A DNA stretch of 64,000 nt from Octopus vulgaris (taxonomy: Eukaryota). The stretch's first letter is position 1. Each line of letters opens with the position of its first letter. Shown in pieces: positions 41,265 through 53,280 of the stretch. The notes under the pieces are model-generated. The model had not been told where the DNA came from. It saw nothing but the letters and a program-made list of their open reading frames with translations, and did no database searches. The position numbers and the translations under genes were made by a program. The stretch lies in the NCBI GenBank assembly GCA_951406725.2, contig OX597825.1, forward strand, positions 9,858,001 through 9,922,000. Direction: 5' to 3'.

Positions 41265-41901
41265 GTGAGTCTACTTCCATTTTGCAAACAGGCTAATTGT
41301 CTGTTTCTTTACTAATTACAATCTGGCTTCCAGTTTATTATTGTGTATATTGAGTATCAGACAAACTGTCTTGTGCTAGTTACATTCCATTACATTCTGG
41401 GTTCAAATCTTGATGAGATCATCTTTGTCTTGTTTGTTGTCATATAAAAAAAAGGGGTAAAAAGCCCCTTCAGCCATGAATGACCATAAGATTGCCCCTA
41501 GAAAGTTACCCTCTGAGACATAGACACTTTCCTTCTCCTCCTATACAGTGGGGGATGTGTTCAAACACATAAACTGAAAGAGAGAGGGTGGAAGGAGGGA
41601 GGAAAAGAAAGGGTGAGAGAATGGAGGAGGGAGGTGAGGAAAGAGAAAGTGGTGAAGAGAGAGAGAGAGAGAGAGAACAAGACAAACTTTAAAACATCTG
41701 ATGTCAAATAAGTCAGCATCGACTCATCAGTGCCAAAACATCTCTTACACCAAAACGTTGATGTGTCATAAGTTTGCTGTGATGAATGAAAGGCCGGTTC
41801 CCACTTTGTGTTGCACAGATATAAGCCCTGAATATGTTTCCTCAAAGAAACCTTGTGTGGTCCCTTATACAATCTGAGTTTATATATTTCTCTATTTTCA
41901 G

Positions 41902-41974
41902 TCCTTTACATCGGCTGGGCCTTTATTCCCGACAGTTACCTCCATTCTGCAGGATTAACGTATTATCCCCAAAA
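41902..41974 (+). CDS. PIGP: PIGP coding exon 2 (73 nt)
   Basis: ttttcAG / AA|GTAAGT; LYIGWAFIPDSYLHSAGLTYYPQK. Confidence 0.95.
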
Positions 41975-42282
41975 GTAAGTACTGTTGATGGATTTGTATT
42001 TGTGTTCTTATAAGCAATGTCAGTTCCTGGTTAAAATGGCTCCCCTCACCTGAGATTCTGTTTCTACCTACAACCAGTCTTAAGCAAGTTACGTGTACAT
42101 CACAACTTCCACTTTACATTGAAGATAGTAAAGCTTATCAAATGACACTGAATTTCTTACTCTTTCAACAAATACTTGTTTGCTGTGCTAATGTGTTTAT
42201 CGCTTGAAGAATTGCACTGGTATGAGACTTGACACAAGAGACAAACTCTCAGTTTCATTTTCAATATATATATACATATGCT

Positions 42283-42599
42283 GAGAACCCCTTCGGTCAT
42301 GACTGACTGTGGCATTGCACCTAGAAAGTTACCCTCCCAGGCACAAGTCCGGGCAAGGTTGTTTATGGAAGACCAGCAGTCGCCCATGCATACCAGCTTC
42401 CCCTCTCTTTGCCGCCAGTGTTATCCAAGGGAAAGGCAGATACAGCTTGGCACCAGTGACATCGCAACTCATTTCTACAGCTGAGTGAACTGGAGCAACA
42501 TGAAATAAAGTGTCTTGCTCAAGAACACAACATGCAGCCCGGTCCGGGATTCCAACTCACAACCGTAAGCTTGACGCTCTAACCACTATGCCATGTGCC
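42283..42599 (-). mobile_element. tRNA-derived SINE family S5; other copies 9080-9415 and 40610-40852
   Basis: Head GGCACATGGCATAGTGGTTAGAGCG; core GTGTTCTTGAGCAAGACACTTTATTTCA. Confidence 0.75.
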
Positions 42600-42600
42600 T

Positions 42601-42650
<50 letters not shown>

Positions 42651-43006
42651 CATATATATATACATATATATATACATATATATATACATATATATATACA
42701 TATATATATATATATGCATATATATATATGCATATATATATATGTATATATATATATGTGGCTGTGTGGTAAGAAGCTTGCTTCCCGACCACATAATTCT
42801 GGGTTCAGTCCCAATCCTTTATGAACTCCTAGTCCTGAGCTATGGTTAATCATTCATGAAAATATCATTTTCGTCCATGATCAACTTTACGATTTTTTCT
42901 GATGAGATTGGAGGGTAATCAATCTTTTTCCTGCTCAACAGTTTTAGAAAAATAAATCTTAACGTATTACTGTTTCATGATGTATTTTTATTTTTCTTCT
43001 TTCAAG

Positions 43007-43125
43007 GTACTGGGCTGTTGCAATTCCTGCCTATATCATAATGATCGTTCTTCTTGGCTATTTAGCATATTTTGCCTTTGTTTTTATAAGCACAGAAAAC
43101 TTAGACTCCCTCAATACCATCACCG
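43007..43125 (+). CDS. PIGP: PIGP coding exon 3 (119 nt)
   Basis: ttctttcaAG / G|GTAAGA; YWAVAIPAYIIMIVLLGYLAYFAFVFISTENLDSLNTIT (second TM helix). Confidence 0.95.
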
Positions 43126-43685
43126 GTAAGAAATACTTCATTAATACAAATAATTAATCAAGTCTTGTTTTGTCAAGTTTGTCTCCAGGGTGAAAGTTTC
43201 TGTAGTTTGTATGCTGTCATTAGTGTTGTACAATGATCAAAGCCCTGATCATCATCATCGTTTAACGTCTGCTTTCCATGCTGGCATGAGTTGGACGGTT
43301 TGACTGAGGACTGGCGAGCCAGATGGCTGCACCAGTCTCCAATCTGATCTGGCGAAGTTTCTACAGCTGGATGCCCTTCAAAGTCAACCACTCCGAGAGT
43401 GTAGTGGGTGTTTTTTTACGTGCCACCGGCACGAGGGCCAGTTCTGGCTACGACCACACTCAAAAGGTGCATGGGATCCAGTCCAGCCGCACTGGCAACG
43501 ACCATGCTTAAACGATGATTTTCACGTGCCGGTAGGCGACACTGGTAACAATCATGCTTGAATGATGCTTTTCATGTGTCACCAGCACGGGAGCCAATCT
43601 GTGGCCCTGGCAACGATCACGCTCGGATGTGCTTTCAACATTCCACTGGCATGAGTGCCAATACATATTGGCTTTTAACTCCGAT

Positions 43686-43714
<29 letters not shown>

Positions 43715-43717
<3 letters not shown>

Positions 43718-44135
43718 CGTAAATATAAGAGAGTGACCACTATGTGGTCGACTCTAACACTAAAAATAGATCTGCTACGGTTTCAACCACGAAGAATTGT
43801 TTCCGATGAAAGTTATCACAACTATTAGCATAAACGAACAGGGCAAATAAAAAATAACAAAAATGCAGATTAATTCTGGACAATTGTTTCGCTATTAATA
43901 AATTATGTAATTTTACTCACATAACATATCTGTAGCTCCTCAGCAGAATTTGTCTAGAGTACAATTTACTCAACCGCATCTATTTTTAGTGCTAGAGTCG
44001 ACCACATAGTGGTCACTATCTTATATTTACGTATAAACTTTATTGTATTCCTGGTTTTTATGCACTAAGCCACTTGGTGTTAAATTGATGGTACTATTAA
44101 ATTAGTATCCAATTTTCTCACCCTTATTAGTTGAT
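43715..44135 (-). mobile_element. Short Penelope/retrozyme-like element with 57-bp inverted repeats and hammerhead
   Basis: 43715-43771 inverted at 43978-44034; hammerhead between them; (TA)n flanks. Confidence 0.6.
43872..43950 (-). ncRNA. Type I hammerhead ribozyme, intact core
   Basis: Minus strand: AAUUCUG-CUGAGGA-GCUA...UAGC-GAAAC-AAUU-GUC-CAGAAUU; 7-bp stem I, 4-bp closing stem II, minimal palindromic stem III, GUC cleavage triplet. Confidence 0.8.
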
Positions 44136-44241
44136 TATATATATATATATATATCTATATTTATATACAGAATGTTTTATTACAGACAATGATATTAAGA
44201 GGAAGCCTGCTTTACTTTCCTTTTCTTGTTTTCTTTTGCAG

Positions 44242-44363
44242 ACAAATACGCTTTGTGCAAAAATGAAGAAAATATTGTAGAGAATTCCATACCAAATATT
44301 TATGACTTAAGTGTTTCTGAAGTAACTAGAAAATATTATTTAAATGGAGAATCATTTAATTAA
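44242..44363 (+). CDS. PIGP: PIGP last coding exon; spliced CDS 402 nt = 133 aa
   Basis: ttttgcAG acceptor; DKYALCKNEENIVENSIPNIYDLSVSEVTRKYYLNGESFN*; AATAAA overlaps the stop (44362-44367). Confidence 0.92.
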
Positions 44364-44483
44364 TAAAACTAATTTAAAACAGAGACCAATGAGTTCATAT
44401 TTAAATCTTCACAGGTAAACACCATTACCTCCGGTTATACAATGAACTAATGTTCTTTTCACCATCTAACAGCATTCATGGTG

Positions 44484-44713
44484 TTAACCCTTTTGTTACT
44501 GTATTTATTTTGAGATGCTCTGTGTTTCTTCCAATTTCTTTAAATATAACAAAGAATTTAGTAAATTAAATTTATCTATCATTCTGCTAGTGTTAGGAAC
44601 GTAAATTGTGACTAAGGTTTGGTGGAAGATTTTAATTCAAAACTTAACGAAAAAAAGACATTTGTTTCTCAGAGCCAGAGCCAGTTTCAGCCGGGTTGGT
44701 AATGAAAGGGTTA
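44484..44713. mobile_element. piggyBac-like MITE with a SINE inserted at its end
   Basis: Same family; terminal 16 bp duplicated at 44950-44965 by the SINE insertion. Confidence 0.8.
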
Positions 44714-44718
44714 TGTAA

Positions 44719-44949
44719 GGTGGCGAGCTGGCTGAAACGTTAGCACGCCAGGCGAAATGCTTAGCGGTATTTCGTCTGCCGTTACGTTCTGAGTTCAAAT
44801 TCCGCCGAGGTCGACTTTGCCTTTCATCCTTTCGGGGTCGATTAAATAAGTACCAGTTACGCACTGGGGTCGATATAATCGACTTAATCTGTTTGTCTGT
44901 CCTTGTTTGTCCCCTCTGTGTTTAGCCCCTTGTGGGCAATAAAGAAATA
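44719..44949 (+). mobile_element. Monomeric SINE S2 with 16-bp TSD
   Basis: GGTAATGAAAGGGTTA at 44698-44713 and 44950-44965; other monomers near 19896, 21916, 33447, 38546, 40083, 46592, 46819. Confidence 0.85.
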
Positions 44950-45930
44950 GGTAATGAAAGGGTTAATTTAGTAAACCACAAGAGCAGTACAGTTAGCAAG
45001 TAACTGAAGAATGTGAGATTAGGAACAGTTTGTTCTTTAGATTCTGTGTCTAAATGCTAATAAATAAATTGTTGTTCATTCACTCTAAGGTAAATATAAG
45101 AAGCTTAGTAAGTTACTGGGAAGACATCAGTTCATTTTGCTAGTACAGCCCTATAAAAATTACTTGAGTTACCAAAAGATGTTACTGTAAAGTTGAGGTG
45201 TCAAACAAACTGAATTGAATTTTTGATATTTCATTTAGCAAGACATGACCATTGAATAGTCTTGTTTTCTATAAATCTGGAACCTTTAATTAAATCAGAA
45301 CTTGTTGGAGATTATCTCTTTTACTCGTTTCAGTCATTTGACTGTGGCCATTCTGGAGCACCGCCTTTTAGTCGAACGAATCGACCCCAGGACTTATTCT
45401 TTGTCCACCACATCGCTTTCGCCAACCCTGAAGGGGAGCTGGGGCAATTGCTTCGTAGATGAATTCTCCTGGTTGACGATAGAGGGCATAAACAAAGGCA
45501 TTAGAAGTTCAGCTTCTTAAATAAGTATCAAGAATAGATTAAAGTTCATTCTGTTGATTACAATTATTGTTAAACTGATGAAAGACAAAATCTGAAATCA
45601 GAAAGGTAAAACAATAAAAATAACAAATTCATGCTTGAAGCCATCATGGCTGCATTAAATACAACAACAATATCAAATTTTATTTGGGTTATTTACATCG
45701 TCTTCTCTGGGAATGTTAAGGGGCCATAAGTATTCTGGGTGGTATTTTGATCTTTTGGTCAAATTGTCTTACATTTTGCTGGTTGGAGGACCATGCCAGT
45801 TGGTCAGGCCATTCTAGTGTCAGAAAATAATCAGTCATTCAAGAATAGCAAAAAGAAAAAAAAAATGACTGTTGACAGTTTCTGGTTTCATCAGAGATTT
45901 TAGTTTTGTAACAGTATGAAACACATGTCC

Positions 45931-46000
45931 TTACATTCCCATTCCTGCACGTTCTGATTGCTCAATACAAGCCTGAAGATTTGTTTCAAAAAGATTACAC
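45931..46000 (-). CDS. TRAPPC4: TRAPPC4 exon 5; spliced CDS 651 nt = 216 aa
   Basis: ttattttAG acceptor; CNLFETNLQACIEQSERAGMGM*; candidate AATAAA on minus strand at 45679-45684. Confidence 0.93.
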
Positions 46001-48691
46001 CTAAAATAAATACAAATACACAGATTGAGACAAATGTTCATACAAAGTAACCATCTTCATAACACTATAAACAAAATTTTAATTTTTGGTGGGGCTTTGG
46101 TCATTAAGTGTCAGCAATCAGAGGAAATGACTACTATTCCCTTGAAATTTGCTTTTATGACCCGATATCAATATTCTGAAACTGACCTATTTTCCATTAC
46201 ATTTCAAACAGGCTCAGGACTGAATTGCTGAAGCAGAAATATCGTTACAGCAAATATTCTGCTCAGTACTACAGATTTGCTTGGCTCTAACCATTCAAGC
46301 ATGTCCCTGAGTGGCTGACAATAATTGTATCCCTGATCATGAGCAGGAATACTTGGGGTGCATCATAACCATGTGCTGAGAGGGATTCTTTGGGGGTCTG
46401 AATAAATTTAACAAAAGCAAAGTTTGAAGGAAATATTAACCATTTTTCATAGTTCCTAGGGGTGAGCAAGAAACAACAGTTGCTACCCGAGGACAAAAAT
46501 CCTGTTACATAGGGTGATAAAAACTTGTTGCATCAGCATAGACCATCAGGTTATATGGGAGGATTATAGTCAATGAAACTATCAGAATATAAGGCAGCAA
46601 GCTGGCAGAAACGTTAGCACGCTGGGTGAAATTCTTAGTGGTATTTCGTCTGCCGTTACGTTCTGAGGTCAACTTTGCCTTTCATCTTTTCGGGGTCGAT
46701 TAAATATGTACCAGTTACACACTGGGGTCGATATAATCGACTTAATCCATTTTTCTGTCCTGGTTTGTCCCCTCTGTGTTTAGCCCCTTGTGGGTAGTAA
46801 AGAAATAGGTATTTAAAGGAGGCGAGCTGGCAGAAACGTTAGCATGCCGGGCGAAATGCTTAGCGGTATTTCGTCTGCGCTATGTTCTGAGTTCAAATTC
46901 CGCTAAGGTCAACTTTGCCTTTCATCCTTTCGGGATCGATTAAATAAGTACCCATTATGCACTGGAATCGATATAATCAACTTAATCCGTTTGTCTGTCC
47001 TGGTTTGTCCCCTATGTGTCTAGCCCCTTGTGGGCAGTAAAGAAATACGAAACTATCAGAATATTACTGATACAGTTCTGCCATCAATCCCAAAGAATTA
47101 AAAAGCAATGTCGTCAATTCTGATAAAATTTGATATTTAGATTTAAAGGGAGGCAAATAAGCATTGCAAACATTTCGTTCGGTGATCAATTACACTTTTA
47201 TTTTTTTTTACATTTCTACTCAAAGGCTGTGGCCATGCTAGAGCACCAATTAATAATGGTTTCTTACATTGGTATATTCAATTGATATCTCTGTGCCACA
47301 GAGATAACACATCAAGTAGACATGGCAAAGACAATTTAATGATTTGAGAAATACTTGGAAACCAAGGTTTAGATCACAACCTTCAGATTGAATATATTTT
47401 CAAACAACTAAAACATCTTAATGGTATATCTATCAATATCACCTTAATTTTCTATGTCTGGTTTTCCATGGTCGAGTGAGTCAGATGGATCCTTTACTGT
47501 ACAACAGGTCACCAAATATTGCTGTCTTTTGTCATTTTCCATACGAAGTTGCTTATGGGTTGAGCCGGCTTCTTCTCTGGTCCTAACGACATCACGAACC
47601 ATGGCAACCCACGCTCGACGGTCCCGTGCGAGGTCACTGGAGATAGCGAGTCATTCGCAGTTCCATCTGCGCAGACCGACCACCAGCGGACTGCACAGAT
47701 GGAACCGCAAATGGCTTCTTCTATGACTCCTACTACTACCATACGAAGTTCAACATCATAAGATCTACTTCCGTCCTTGTCTGCTTCCAATTCCTTCCAC
47801 TTGGATCTTTTGGCATTTCTCTATCCATCTCTTATTATCCACACATATCATTTGTGTACAACAATAATCATCTCTCTTACACACAGCATCTGACTCTTCT
47901 TATGCCCAGTTTTTCTTTCAGTATATTTGTACCACATCACACTTCATCTCTCTCCAGCCTTGGCACACACAGCCACTGTATTCATCATCATCATCATCGT
48001 TTAACGTCCGTTTTCCATGCTAGCATGGGTTGGATGATTTGACCGGGGTCTGGGAAGCCAGGAGGTTGCACCAGGCCCAGTCTGATCTGGCAGTGTTTCT
48101 ACAGCTGGATGCCCTTCCTAATGCCAACCACTCCATGAGTGCAGTGGGTGCTTTTTACGTGCCACCAGCACAGGTGCCAGACAAGGCTGGCAAACGGCCA
48201 TGATCAGTTATTCAATATCCAGATATCACTACCATACAACATTAAAATTCACACTCAGGCAATTTATGATCAACCCTTCACTTAAAGAAAGAAATTCCTT
48301 GTTATCAGCAGATATAATAGCTCCCTGAACTTTGTCCATCTTGTTCCTATCCTGGTTACTATGCTTTCAAAGCATCCTTCTCCATGGCTGATTAGATTGC
48401 TCTGGTTGCAAAAGCAATCAACTACAGCTATGGAGCATTCCAAGTATTGAAAAGAATTCTACTGATGTTCTGTGCAGGAGGACAGAAACTACAGGTAAGA
48501 TCTGACTCAGACCAGAACCCATCCAACACATACCAGAATAAAAACATAGACACAATATGCTGCTGATGGTGGTGGTGGTTGGATAAGGAATCTGGAATTT
48601 GTTATTGGCAGGATCTAGTCAGAACTACAGATAACTTTTATAGAAAGTAGTTCTGTTGTTAACAGATGTATACCACAAACGAACTCACTGT

Positions 48692-49045
48692 AGTAAAGAT
48701 TGTTTGCCAACATAACATGGCAGTCCTGGTTTAGGACTAATGTTGCCATGTAATTTAGCCCCAGAAGACATCGTCTCCAGCTGGCTGTACAACATGATCT
48801 GTGTCCTTATATTTTCGAACATGGGAATCTAGCACCCCTGCCCTCAGCTCAAAACAATATCTGTGTATCGTGATTTCGGGGGTACACAGATATTGTTTTC
48901 ACTGAGATGTTAGATTCCCATGTTTGAAAATATAAGGACAGATCATGTCATATAGCCAGCTGGAGACATGTCTCCTGGGGCTAAATTACGGCAACATTTG
49001 TCCTAAACCAGGACTGCCATGTTATGTTGGCAAACAATCTTTACT
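48692..49045. repeat. ~355-bp foldback (inverted repeat) in TRAPPC4 intron 4
   Basis: Arms of ~170 bp are reverse complements around a short loop near 48868-48882. Confidence 0.9.
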
Positions 49046-49333
49046 CCAAAGTACTGTTGCTGAACATCTCACATTGTGAGATTTAAAAATAGTAATTTTC
49101 TAAACGAACTCATGTTAACGAGAACTTTTCCCCACAGAAAGTTTTGGAAGTGTTGCAGGTAATGTGATACCATTTATTTCTATGCTCAGTAGAGTCAACT
49201 TCATCTTTCATCTTCCCAAGGTGAGAAAGATAAGACTTGGTAATAAAGAAGAGACCATCTTCATTGAATTTACTAAACAACCCAACACTGAGAAACACCT
49301 CCATTGTGTCAAGAAAAACGACATCTCCCTCAC

Positions 49334-49460
49334 CTGATTGGCATGTCCAACGAGTAAAATGGATTCTTTAAGGCGTAGTCAGAGTAAACTTCATACATTT
49401 TCCTAAGAAGCTGTTCCACAGCAATTTGTCGCAGATCCGTGAGTGCCAGAAACTTGAGGC
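49334..49460 (-). CDS. TRAPPC4: TRAPPC4 exon 4 (127 nt)
   Basis: [42 protein letters not shown]; atttcAG / AG|GTGAGG. Confidence 0.97.
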
Positions 49461-50119
49461 CTGAAATAAGAAAAAAATACATTCAATAATTATAACTAGA
49501 GTCCTCTTCTCAGTCACCATCAATCTCTTGTAGAGATGATGATGATAATAACAAAGGTGGATGCCTATCTATGGGCTCCATCTGTCTCTCATATCAGTGG
49601 CTCCCTGTTAGATCATGCTATTGTGGCATACATTGATGAAGTAAGTTCAAATTCCGCCGATGTCGACTTTGACTTTCATCCTTTTGGGGGTTGATAAATT
49701 AAGTACCAGTTGCGTACTGGAGTTGATCTAATCAACTAGCCCCCTCCCCCAAAATTTCAGACCTTGTGCTTAGAGTAGAAAAGATTCTATTGACTCCCTA
49801 TAAAATATATTTCTTTAAACTCTTGTTTCGGTCTATCTAATCTCCAATCATTTTCAGTTGTCTTAGCTTTATACATTTTCCACCAAAACAAAACTGGAGC
49901 TTCTGGGTTCAAATCCAATCTAGAGGAATGTGTGTGTGTTTAGGGACAAGGTAATTTTAAAATTTTAAATGACCGGATCAACTGGAAACTAGTCTTTAAC
50001 AGAGGAATATGAAAAACTAAGACCAATCATCTTGAACATTTAAATTAATAGGAACTGTTGGCTCTTTGACAAAAAAACAGAAAGTAAAACTTGAACAAAT
50101 CAATCAGTTTTTGCCTTAC

Positions 50120-50223
50120 CTGTCATACTTTGGAAACAATGTAATTTGAATGTGTCTGTCTCTATCAGGTCAATTCCAGAAGAACGTGGCTCAGGAGAAA
50201 GTTGGCAGCTGATGGTGTATAAT
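50120..50223 (-). CDS. TRAPPC4: TRAPPC4 exon 3 (104 nt)
   Basis: [35 protein letters not shown]; ctgtAG / AG|GTAAGG. Confidence 0.97.
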
Positions 50224-51273
50224 CTACAGATAAATGATAAAATTAATTAAACAATGAAGCTTTAAAACGGCTGCTCAACCTATTCACTGTAGAAATCTCA
50301 TGCGATCACAAGAGTTTCCCTGTGAAGAACCTCATTTTGTGATATAGGTCTTCTTGAGTAGGGGTGACTAAAGATGCTGAATAATGAAAGATAATATACA
50401 TCCTCAATTAATGTCCAGTTTCTGAGCTGACATGGGTTCTGACAAGCTAGGGGACTGCACCAAACTTCAGTGTTAACTTTATCATCATCATCATTTAACG
50501 TTCGTTTTTTTATGCTGGCATGGGTTGGACGGTTTGACTGAGGTCTGGGAAGCCAGGAGGATGCACCAGGCTCCAATCTGATCTGGCAATGTTTCTACAG
50601 CTAGATGCCCTTCCTAATGCCAACCACTCTGAGAGTGTAGTGGATGCTTTTTACATGCCACTGGCACAGGAACCAATCAGGTGGACCTGGTATATATCAT
50701 GTTCAGAAAGTAATTATTACATGCCACCGGCACGGGAGCCAGTCAGTGGGTACTAGCATTGGCCACATTTGGATGGTACTTTTTACATGCTACTGGCAAT
50801 GTCAAGTGGCATGCCAAATGAAGACAGATAAATTAAGTACCAGTTGCATACTGGGGTCGATCTAATTGACTGACCTCCTCCCCCAAAATTTTGGGCCTTG
50901 TGCCTAGCGTAGAAAAGAATATTTCTACTTCAGAAACTCAGTACTGTCTGAAATGTAATGGAAAATCACTCAGTTCTAAAACATTGATGTTCAGGTCAGA
51001 AAAGCAAAGGGTGAAGGGAATAGTAGTCATTTCCTTTGATTTCTAGATAGAAGAAGCAAAGAGGAAATAACACTTACTGACCAAATACAAAAAAAAGATA
51101 AAAATTTTCTTACACAGTGTTCTCCATCAGTGATGGGTAAATCTGTGATGCAGAGGAAAATTTCCATTTCATCAACTTCAAAAACAGAAAACTGCAGCAA
51201 ACACTGGATTCTGAATCCCTCAATAACTACAAATGGAATAAAACAACATGGAGGATGAAGGAATTCAACTTAC

Positions 51274-51448
51274 GAGTGAAACATGCTGGCAAGCATAATT
51301 CTTTCGTTTGTCGTTAATTTTGGCCGACCAAATTTTATGTTGATTGGGTAATTTTCTTCACAGGCCAAAAGTTCCAGAATGTCACGGCCATCCTTGAGAT
51401 ATCGACCCTCGGCCGTAATTCCATTAATACCAAGTACAGTATGTCCCA
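51274..51448 (-). CDS. TRAPPC4: TRAPPC4 exon 2 (175 nt)
   Basis: [10 protein letters not shown]...[27 protein letters not shown]; gttcAG / TC|GTAAGT. Confidence 0.97.
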
Positions 51449-51571
51449 CTGAACAGAGAGAAAAAAACTGAATTGTACAAATAGCCATTTTATGGACAAT
51501 AAAACAAAAAGTCAAAAATATAAGGTAGACATTCTTCTTTTCTATGTCTGTGTGTCTTATCATCATCATTA

Positions 51572-52330
51572 TTTCTCTTTATCACAGGTTTTGTTGGAGC
51601 TCCTGGAGTCTTGCATTCATAGCAGGCTTGCTACCTGCACCCTACGGTACCATGCTATCCATTCTTTACAGTTATCTAATACTTTCCTGATTATTCTGGC
51701 CATGCCAAGGAGGCAAACCTTTTGTAACAGTTCTACTGGGCACTCTATTCCAATTTCCTTTATATTCCCCTTGATGCCTTCTGATACTGTTCTCAAGGAC
51801 CCAACAATAACTGGCACTATCTTCACCTCCTTCATTTTCGATAGCCAAGTTATTTCGTACTTAAGAGGGTTGTATCTATCTTTTTGCCTTCCTTCTTGAC
51901 TATTCGTCTGTCAAAGGGGCATGCAACATCAACTATATAGCACATGTGTTGCACCTTGTCCACCACCACTAGGTCTGGTCTGTTATGCTCTAGCACCTGA
52001 TGTGTTGGCATTGGGAAATCCCAGAAGATTTTGCTAGTCTCCGACTCTGCCACTCTCTGCACTTTGTGCTCATACCATGTCTTGCCTCTCTCTAGGCCCT
52101 ACTGTTCACACAGTTTCCAATGTAGCACTTTTGCTACTTGATTGGGACACCACAACTTGTAGTGGTTTTGGGCAAGTCTAAGGCATCCATTCATGATATG
52201 GCCAATGGTTTCATTCACTCCATTGCAGATACACCATAGCGGAGACACTTGGTCATTCCTAAGGCTGATCCTTCAGTCTGTGGCCAAAGCTTGGTCTTGC
52301 GCTGCCAACACAAAGCTCTCAGTCTCTTTT
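51572..52330 (-). mobile_element. R4/Dong-like LINE 3' fragment
   Basis: AAQDQAL, zinc-knuckle remnant, KIFWDF...HNRPDLVVVDK...IVDVACPFD, LQKVCLLGMARIIRKVL; flanked by (TTA/TCA)n microsatellite. Confidence 0.85.
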
Positions 52331-52689
52331 ATGATTATTATTATTATTATTATGTGTGAGGATGCATGACCTAGTGGTTAGGGTGTTACCCTCACAACTG
52401 TGACATCATGGTTTCACTTCCTAGACCAGGTGGTGTGTTGTGTTCTTGAGCAAAACACTTTATCTCACATTACTTTGCAATTACTTTGATACCAGACGCA
52501 TGATATGCTGTGTCTGGTCATTCAACAAAAAGCTGACCACTCACACATCATCTTTGACTGAAGAGTCCATCGTCATTATTATTATTGAAGGCAGGCAGTG
52601 AGCTGGCAGAAATGTGAGCACACCAGGTGAAATGCTTAGCGGTATTTCATCTGCCATTATATTATGAGTGCAAAAAACTACTCTTGGAT

Positions 52690-52960
52690 CATCATCATCA
52701 TCATCATCATCATCGTTTAACGTCCGTTTTCCATGCTAGCATGGGTTGGACGGTTTGACTGGGGTCTGGGAAGCCATGGAGGCTGCACCAGGCCCAGTCT
52801 GATCTGGCAATGTTTCTACGGCTGGATGCCCTTCCTAACACCAACCACTCCATGAGCGTAGTGGATGCTCTTTACATGCCACCAGCACAGGTGCCAGACG
52901 GGGCTGGCAAACGGCCACGATCGGATGGTGCTTTTTATGTGCCACTGGCACAGGGGCCAG
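52690..52960 (-). mobile_element. (ATG)n-tailed retroposon family S4; copies near 11213, 19560, 36700, 43248, 47983, 50480, 59250
   Basis: Shared TTAGGAAGGGCATCCAGC...CCAACCCATGCTAGCATGGAAAACGGACGTTAAACGATGATG. Confidence 0.75.
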
Positions 52961-53071
52961 GTGAGACTATCCTTAAAATAACAATGGAAATATTTCCTCG
53001 GAAAGAAGCGAAATTTAAAAGTAACTATAGCTTTTATCCATAATATTATAACAGATTGTTATATATATCCG

Positions 53072-53105
<34 letters not shown>

Positions 53106-53236
53106 ATATATATATATATATATTCAAAGCTACTATGTTGCTATCCAAAGTCTCTGCTTTTTATCAGAAATAAAAACGGAAAGGTTTATACCTTATGTCC
53201 ACTGAGTAGCGACGGAGTTGAAAACTCAGCTTATTC

Positions 53237-53280
<44 letters not shown>

